Assembly: GCA_947447355.1 (NCBI GenBank)
Contig: CANFJF010000007.1
Coordinates: forward strand, 711 to 64,710
DNA length: 64,000 nucleotides
From: Comamonadaceae bacterium
GTDB taxonomy: Bacteria; Pseudomonadota; Gammaproteobacteria; Burkholderiales; Burkholderiaceae_C
Direction: 5' to 3'
In this document: piece after piece, positions 57,743-64,000 of the stretch
Numbering within the stretch: position 1 is the first letter of the stretch
Layout: the number at the start of each line of letters is the position of its first letter
Made by a program: the position numbers and the translations under genes
The notes under the pieces: model-generated
What the model was told of the DNA's origin: nothing
The model's database searches: none
What the model saw: only the letters and a program-made list of their open reading frames with translations

Positions 57743-58975
57743 ATGATGAACTTCCAAAAAAGATCAGGAATCAAGACACTGTTGTTGTGCGGCGCCATGG
57801 CGCTCGCGGGCAGTTCTGCGATGGCGCAAGACACTTTGCGTATCGGTGCCATCAATCCCTACAGCGGTCCGATGGCTCTCTATGGCGACGAAATGACGCG
57901 CGGCTACCAGTTGGCAATTGATGAGCGAAATGCCAAGGGCGGCTTGTTAAAGCGCAAGGTGGAACTGCTGAAAGGGGATGCGTCAACGCCGCAGCAAGGT
58001 ATCGCCGCTGTCGATCAGTTGGTCTCCCGTGACCGGGTTGAATTGTTTATCGGAACGTACATTTCCGCCGTTTCTAATGCAGCCAGCGACGCAGCGCTGC
58101 GAAACCAGAAAATTTACTGGGATACCAATGCCTTAGCCGCCGAATTGACTGAGCGAAAACTGCCCAATTTCATCCGCTCGGGACCCAACTCCGGTAATTT
58201 TGCAGCGATGAGTGTGCGACTGATTTTGGAGTCGGTCGCCCCGGCCCTGAAGAAGTCGCCGAAGGATCTGACAGTCTGGATCGAGCATGAAGAATCCATC
58301 TCAGGCAAGTCCATCGCAGATGCCCAGCACAAATTACTCGAGGCAGCTGGCGTCAAGGTCCTTGGCCAAGGCGCGCACAGCCCCCGTGCGACCGATCTAA
58401 GCGACACAGTATTGCGTGCGCGCCGCACCAACCCCGACGTCTGGATGCAGATGGGCTATGTGCCGGATACCAACCTCCTGTTAAAGACGGCACGTGAACA
58501 GGGCTTCAAGCCCAGCGCCATCGTATTGACTGGCACCGGAGACACTTTCGAGACGCTCAACGCTCTGAGCGCCGAATCGCTGGAAGGCGTTTTTGTGGTC
58601 TCTTACCCGCGTCCAGATATCTCCGAATCTTTCGGCCCTGGAGCGTCTGCGTACCTGGCCGCCTACCGTAAAGCCTACCAACGCGAGCCGATCGCACCGC
58701 AAGGTATGACCGCTTACACCGGCATGCGGATCTTGCTTGAAACAGTGGAAGCGGCTGGCTCCACCGATGTTGCCAAAGTACGGGCTGCAGCAGCCAAACT
58801 AGACAAAGCAAACAACTCTTACCCGTCCGGCTTCGGGGTGAAGTTCGACGACAACTTCCAGAACACCCGTGCTGTGCCAACCGTTATCCAATGGCAGTCT
58901 GGCCAGCAGGTCACGGTGTTTCCCAGCGAAGCCCGTGGCCCGGGCATCACGCTGAAGAACATACCGCGCAAATAA
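57743..58975 (+). CDS. ABC transporter substrate-binding protein (LivJ-type), paralogue 2
   Basis: 410-aa ORF with a signal peptide. It is colinear with paralogue 1, with roughly three quarters of residues identical by eye. Confidence 0.8.
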   Translation: MMNFQKRSGIKTLLLCGAMALAGSSAMAQDTLRIGAINPYSGPMALYGDEMTRGYQLAIDERNAKGGLLKRKVELLKGDASTPQQGIAAVDQLVSRDRVELFIGTYISAVSNAASDAALRNQKIYWDTNALAAELTERKLPNFIRSGPNSGNFAAMSVRLILESVAPALKKSPKDLTVWIEHEESISGKSIADAQHKLLEAAGVKVLGQGAHSPRATDLSDTVLRARRTNPDVWMQMGYVPDTNLLLKTAREQGFKPSAIVLTGTGDTFETLNALSAESLEGVFVVSYPRPDISESFGPGASAYLAAYRKAYQREPIAPQGMTAYTGMRILLETVEAAGSTDVAKVRAAAAKLDKANNSYPSGFGVKFDDNFQNTRAVPTVIQWQSGQQVTVFPSEARGPGITLKNIPRK

Positions 58976-59043
58976 GTGACACGTCGTTGACTTTGAGCCC
59001 CTGAGCGCAAGTCAGGGACAGTTCGACATTTCAAGGACTCATC

Positions 59044-59853
59044 ATGAATACCCGCTCAGTGCACATTGCCACTACAAGCCAAACTGTCAACCCATCGACG
59101 CGGCCCACAAACTGCAGTGATGCGGAGTGGCAGTTGCGTGTGCAGCTCGCAGCGGCCTATCGCTTAGTCGATTACTTTGGCTGGACCGAGCTGATCTATG
59201 GACACCTGACCGCGCGCTTGCCGGGCGCTGAAGATCATTTCCTGATCAACCCTTGGGGCCTGAATTACGACGAGATCACCGCCTCCAATCTGGTCAAGGT
59301 CGACGTCAACGGAAAGGCGATGGACACCGGGCCGCAGACGATCAATTACGCTGGTTTCATCATCCATTCCGCCCTGCACATGACGCAAGCTGCCGAGAGT
59401 CATGTGGTGATGCACATCCATACCGTTGCGGGCATGGCCGTGGCGGCATTGGAGGAAGGCTTGGTGCCGGTCTCGATGTTTTCAACCGCCTTTTATGACA
59501 AGCTGGCCTATCACGATTACGAAGGTGCCTCGCTCTATCCGGACGAGCGCGAACGACTGGTGCAATCCATGGGCAGTGCCAAGGCCATGATTCTGCGCAA
59601 TCATGGTCTGCTGGTTGTCGGCCGCACCGTGCCGGAATGTTTTTTGCGCCTTTACCGCTTGGAACGCGCATGTCAAGTGCAAATCGCAGCCGCCAAGGCC
59701 GGAACCTTGCGCGTCTTGCCTGCCAAGCTGGCAGCCAAGTCGGGGGCAGATCTGGATTCATTCCAGGGGCTGCACCCGCAAGGTGAGGGAGCGACAGAGT
59801 TTGAAGCCTTGATGCGCAAACTTGACCGCCATGACAGCAGCTACCGGACCTGA
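59044..59853 (+). CDS. Class II aldolase/adducin-domain protein
   Basis: 269-aa ORF. GHLTARLPG...FLINPWG, VMHIHT and MILRNHGLLVVG are family motifs. Confidence 0.8.
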   Translation: MNTRSVHIATTSQTVNPSTRPTNCSDAEWQLRVQLAAAYRLVDYFGWTELIYGHLTARLPGAEDHFLINPWGLNYDEITASNLVKVDVNGKAMDTGPQTINYAGFIIHSALHMTQAAESHVVMHIHTVAGMAVAALEEGLVPVSMFSTAFYDKLAYHDYEGASLYPDERERLVQSMGSAKAMILRNHGLLVVGRTVPECFLRLYRLERACQVQIAAAKAGTLRVLPAKLAAKSGADLDSFQGLHPQGEGATEFEALMRKLDRHDSSYRT

Positions 59854-59871
59854 GCCACAGAGATTGACACC

Positions 59872-60759
59872 ATGGAATTTTTGAGTCTTTTATCGATCGG
59901 CATTCTGCTCGGCGGCATCTATGCGATGGTGGCCGTCGGCCTGAACTTGATCTTCGGCGTGATCCGGGTGGTCAACTTTGCCCACGGCGAATTGGTCATG
60001 CTTGGCATGTATGGCGCCTGGGCTTGCAACCATTTCTTTCAAATTGACGTTTACCTGTCGGTCTTGATCGTCCTGCCGGTGTTATTTGTCTTAGGCTTGT
60101 TCATTCAACGCTTTGTGATTCAACCGCTGCGCGCCGAATCGATGATGCAGATGTTCGCCACCTTTGCCTTGTTGACGATTCTGCAGAACTTGATCCTCGT
60201 GTTGACACGCGGCGAAGGTTATAGCGTGAGCACCAGCTTGTCGTCCCTCGGCGTGCAAGTGGGTGACATTCGCCTGACGGCCACGCGGCTGATCATTTTG
60301 GGATCAGTCACGGCCATCGCCCTGTCACTGCACTTTTTTCTGAAGCATACGTTGATTGGCAAATCGATCAGAGCTGTGACGCAAGATCGTCAGGCTGCGT
60401 CCCTGATGGGCATCCATGTTGAACGCACTTTTGCAGTGACATTCGGTATTGGCGCAGCCCTCGCAGGATTGGCCGGGGTGTTGCTCGCGCCCATTTACAC
60501 CTTGTCACCAGGTATCGGCGGGAACTTCATCTTTGCCGCCTTTGCGGTGGTGGTGCTGGGCGGTCTGGGCAGTGTCGCAGGCGCCTATTTTGGGGGTGCC
60601 ATCGTCGGGATCGTCGAAGCATTTGCCGGCTACTACATCGACCCGGAACTGAAACAAGCCATCTGGTTTCTGATTTTTCTGGCGGTCTTGGTGTTCAAAC
60701 CGAGTGGATTGTTCGGGCAAGTTGGCGCTGAAGAGGTCGGCTTCAGGGAGCAATCATGA
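59872..60759 (+). CDS. Branched-chain amino acid-type ABC permease (LivH-like)
   Basis: 295-aa polytopic ORF. VNFAHGELVMLG is the typical LivH N-terminal motif. Confidence 0.85.
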   Translation: MEFLSLLSIGILLGGIYAMVAVGLNLIFGVIRVVNFAHGELVMLGMYGAWACNHFFQIDVYLSVLIVLPVLFVLGLFIQRFVIQPLRAESMMQMFATFALLTILQNLILVLTRGEGYSVSTSLSSLGVQVGDIRLTATRLIILGSVTAIALSLHFFLKHTLIGKSIRAVTQDRQAASLMGIHVERTFAVTFGIGAALAGLAGVLLAPIYTLSPGIGGNFIFAAFAVVVLGGLGSVAGAYFGGAIVGIVEAFAGYYIDPELKQAIWFLIFLAVLVFKPSGLFGQVGAEEVGFREQS

Positions 60760-61781
60760 AGCAGCACAAACAACCTGAAAAAGCATCGGTGCAAGGCTTG
60801 CCATCCACGCGCCGAACATTGGCTATGGGTGCAGGCGGACTGCTGCTCACGCTCACGCCGTTGATTTTGCTTTACGGGCAGCCGTTCTGGGTCAATATTC
60901 TGATTTACACCTACTTGTTCGCAGGGCTCGCGGTGTCCTGGAACATCATTGCTGGCTTTGGCGGGCAATTTTCACTGGGACATGGTGTGTTCTTCGCGGT
61001 CGGCGCTTATGTCACGGCCAGACTCTACATGGCTTGGGATATTTCGCCTTGGCTCGGCATCCTGCCTGCCATGGCGGTCTGCGCTCTGATTGGCCCGATG
61101 ATCTTCTGGCCGACCTTCCGCTTGAAGGGCTCATTCTTTGCGATCGCGACTCTGGCCTTTAACGAGGTTGGCATGGTCTGCGCCAATTATTTCGAGTCGT
61201 TGACCGGGGGCCCGCGCGGTTTGCAAATCCCATTCAAACCGGGACTGGGCAATATGATTTTCACCAATCCGGTTCACTACGCGTTATTGATGTTTGCATT
61301 CATGGCGATCTGCATCATTGCCGCAGTGCTGATACGACGCAGCCGTCTGGGCTACTACTTGCTGGCCGTGCGTGAGGACGAAGACGCCGCCCGGGCCTGC
61401 GGCATCGATGTGAGTTCGGTCAAGTTGCGAGGCACCGCCATCAGCGCGGCATTAACCGCTGTGGGTGGCGGCCTGTTCGCCATGTATGTCCGCACGATCG
61501 ACCCGCCAAGTCTTTTTTCGCTGGCCGACATCGGTTTCAAATTCGCGTTGCTGACGCTGATCGGTGGCATTGGCACAATCTCCGGACCTGTCATTGGTGC
61601 ATTCCTGATCATTCCTATTGAGTCCTGGTTGCGTGCCACTTTGGGGGGCGGTTTGCCTGGCATGCACCTGGTCATCCTCGGTTTCTTGATGCTGCTGGCT
61701 GCCCTGTTCATGCGCAAAGGCGTGGTCCACGCGATTGAAACCGCCTGGAAACGCTGGCAGCACCGGAAAGGTCAACCATGA
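60756..61781 (+). CDS. Branched-chain amino acid-type ABC permease (LivM-like)
   Basis: 341-aa polytopic ORF. GQFSLGHGVFFAVGAY is the LivM motif. It has a 4-nt overlap with each neighbour. Confidence 0.85.
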   Translation: MKQHKQPEKASVQGLPSTRRTLAMGAGGLLLTLTPLILLYGQPFWVNILIYTYLFAGLAVSWNIIAGFGGQFSLGHGVFFAVGAYVTARLYMAWDISPWLGILPAMAVCALIGPMIFWPTFRLKGSFFAIATLAFNEVGMVCANYFESLTGGPRGLQIPFKPGLGNMIFTNPVHYALLMFAFMAICIIAAVLIRRSRLGYYLLAVREDEDAARACGIDVSSVKLRGTAISAALTAVGGGLFAMYVRTIDPPSLFSLADIGFKFALLTLIGGIGTISGPVIGAFLIIPIESWLRATLGGGLPGMHLVILGFLMLLAALFMRKGVVHAIETAWKRWQHRKGQP

Positions 61782-62503
61782 GCGATGCTTTTCTGAGTTT
61801 GCAAGGCGTTACCAAGCGATTCCTCGGCCTGGTGGCTGTCGACAATGTGAGTTTTGAAGTGAAGCGTGGCGAGGTGGTCAGCATCATCGGCCCCAACGGC
61901 GCTGGCAAAACAACACTTTTCAATCTGCTGACGGGTCAACTGCGACCGACGGATGGTGCTATCCACCTGAACGGTCAGTTGATCAATTCCTTGCGGCCGG
62001 ACGCACGCGCCAAGCTTGGTCTGGGTCGGACCTTCCAAGTGACCAAACCGCTGCTGTCGTTGACGGTGCTGGAAAACGTCATGGTCGGTGCCTTCCTCAA
62101 GCACCCCGGTCTTAAAGAAGCTGAAGCCTGCGCACGCGAGATGCTGGCAGAGGTCGGCTTATCGCAACGCGTCGGGATTCGCGCCAGTGAGTTGACTTTG
62201 TCAGAACGCCGAAAACTCGAGGTCGGGCGCGCTTTGGCCATGGACCCAACGATGGTGCTATTAGACGAAGTGATGGCCGGGCTCAACCAAAGCGAGGTTG
62301 ACGACATGATTGGGCTGATTCGCCGGCTGCATCAACGCGGCTTAACGCTGTTAATCATTGAACATAATTTAAAAGTAGTGCGTAGCTTTGCTGAGCGGGT
62401 GATTGTGCTGGACCGCGGTGTCAAGATTGCCGAAGGCAAGGCCGACGCGATTCTGAGTTCGCCAGAGGTCATCAAAGCCTATTTGGGAGACCGACGCAAA
62501 TGA
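61778..62503 (+). CDS. ABC transporter ATP-binding protein (LivG-like)
   Basis: 241-aa ORF with Walker A (GPNGAGKTT), Walker B (LLDEVMAG) and IEHNL. Confidence 0.85.
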   Translation: MSDAFLSLQGVTKRFLGLVAVDNVSFEVKRGEVVSIIGPNGAGKTTLFNLLTGQLRPTDGAIHLNGQLINSLRPDARAKLGLGRTFQVTKPLLSLTVLENVMVGAFLKHPGLKEAEACAREMLAEVGLSQRVGIRASELTLSERRKLEVGRALAMDPTMVLLDEVMAGLNQSEVDDMIGLIRRLHQRGLTLLIIEHNLKVVRSFAERVIVLDRGVKIAEGKADAILSSPEVIKAYLGDRRK

Positions 62504-63216
62504 ATCCCCTGCTCAAAGTTCACGAGGTCTCTGCAGGTTACGGCTTAGGCAGTGTGCTCGACGCCATGTCACTGCATGTTGAAAGTGGCGAAGTCGTCGC
62601 GGTGGTCGGTGCCAACGGGGCCGGCAAAACCACCCTGTTGCGCACCATCGCAGGTCTGCTGACCCCCACGCACGGGCAGATTTATTTCGCTGGCAACACC
62701 ATCAGTGGTGTGCCCGCGCACAACATCGTCGGACGCGGCTTGGCGCTGGTGGCGGAAGGTGGTCGACTGTTTCCCTTCATGAGCGTGCGGGAAAACCTAG
62801 AACTAGGCGCTTTTGTCGTCACTTCAAGGGTTGAGAAACGCCGCGTCATCGATGAAATGATGACGCTATTTCCCATCCTCGCGTCCCGCAGCAGCCAAAT
62901 GGCCGGCTCATTGTCAGGCGGCGAGCGTCAGATGTGCGCCATCGCCCGTGCCTTGATGAGCAGCCCCCGCTTGCTGATGCTCGACGAGCCATCGGCTGGC
63001 CTGTCTCCCTTGATGCTGGACAAAGTTCTTGACATGCTGCGCGCCGTCGTCAAGTCCCGCAATGTGTCCGTCCTGCTGGTTGAACAGCATGTGGAAGACG
63101 CGCTTGAAATGGCCAACCGCGCCTATGTCATAGAGCGCGGCTGTATCGTCAAAACCGGTACCGGCTCCGAGCTACTGAACGACCCGGATGTACAACGCGC
63201 CTATTTGGGTCTTTGA
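62500..63216 (+). CDS. ABC transporter ATP-binding protein (LivF-like)
   Basis: 238-aa ORF with Walker A (GANGAGKTT), the signature LSGGERQ and Walker B (LMLDEPS). Confidence 0.85.
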   Translation: MNPLLKVHEVSAGYGLGSVLDAMSLHVESGEVVAVVGANGAGKTTLLRTIAGLLTPTHGQIYFAGNTISGVPAHNIVGRGLALVAEGGRLFPFMSVRENLELGAFVVTSRVEKRRVIDEMMTLFPILASRSSQMAGSLSGGERQMCAIARALMSSPRLLMLDEPSAGLSPLMLDKVLDMLRAVVKSRNVSVLLVEQHVEDALEMANRAYVIERGCIVKTGTGSELLNDPDVQRAYLGL

Positions 63217-63303
63217 CGGTAAGGCGTGCGCTTTCTCATTTCGAAAGTGGAAAGAAAACCATCAAAAAACATGCCATATGCTACCGTACCTTTAATTTAT
63301 TAG

Positions 63304-64000
<697 letters not shown>

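Overview
The window is high-GC (about 60% by eye) chromosomal DNA. It looks like a Burkholderiales, probably Comamonadaceae-type, betaproteobacterium. That assignment is an inference from five intact Bug/TctC-family binding proteins plus one remnant, a PhaM-like gene, and overall gene content.

I support about 60 coding regions.
- Housekeeping and conserved-synteny genes: purU, the yggS/pilT divergent pair, and rsmI facing yraN-SIS-BON.
- Transporters: MFS, Bcr/CflA, a sodium:solute symporter, ChrA, and a LivHMGF-type ABC system with two tandem binding proteins.
- c-di-GMP proteins: one PAS-GGDEF-EAL protein and one membrane GGDEF protein.
- Two catabolic gene neighbourhoods, at 40.4-47.7 kb and 52.4-64 kb.

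I found no rRNA, tRNA, CRISPR array, prophage, integrase or transposase.

Observations worth a second look:
1. A mosaic palindromic-unit repeat family with three copies (25.9, 29.9 and 39.3 kb), all in convergent gene gaps, with a compensatory stem change between copies.
2. A separate 2 x 87-nt hairpin repeat with a 108-bp period at 7.1-7.3 kb.
3. A true glcD orthologue with no glcE/glcF, tightly followed by lrgA/lrgB-like genes. This suggests a 2-hydroxy-acid transporter role rather than a holin role.
4. An orphan form-II CoxL-like molybdoenzyme gene followed by two adjacent inactivated aldo/keto reductase genes. One has an in-frame TAG and the other a +1/-1 frameshift pair.
5. A 1.2-kb stretch of gene remnants at 39.1-40.4 kb. 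It includes a PrpD fragment broken by a 7-bp tandem duplication and a Bug fragment.
6. An operon-like block with bicupin, TauD, lactonase-like amidohydrolase, class II aldolase and Baeyer-Villiger monooxygenase genes behind a 518-bp AT-rich region.
7. No recognisable DNA-binding transcription factor anywhere in the window.

All family calls rest on my reading of the translated ORFs and motifs. No database search was run.
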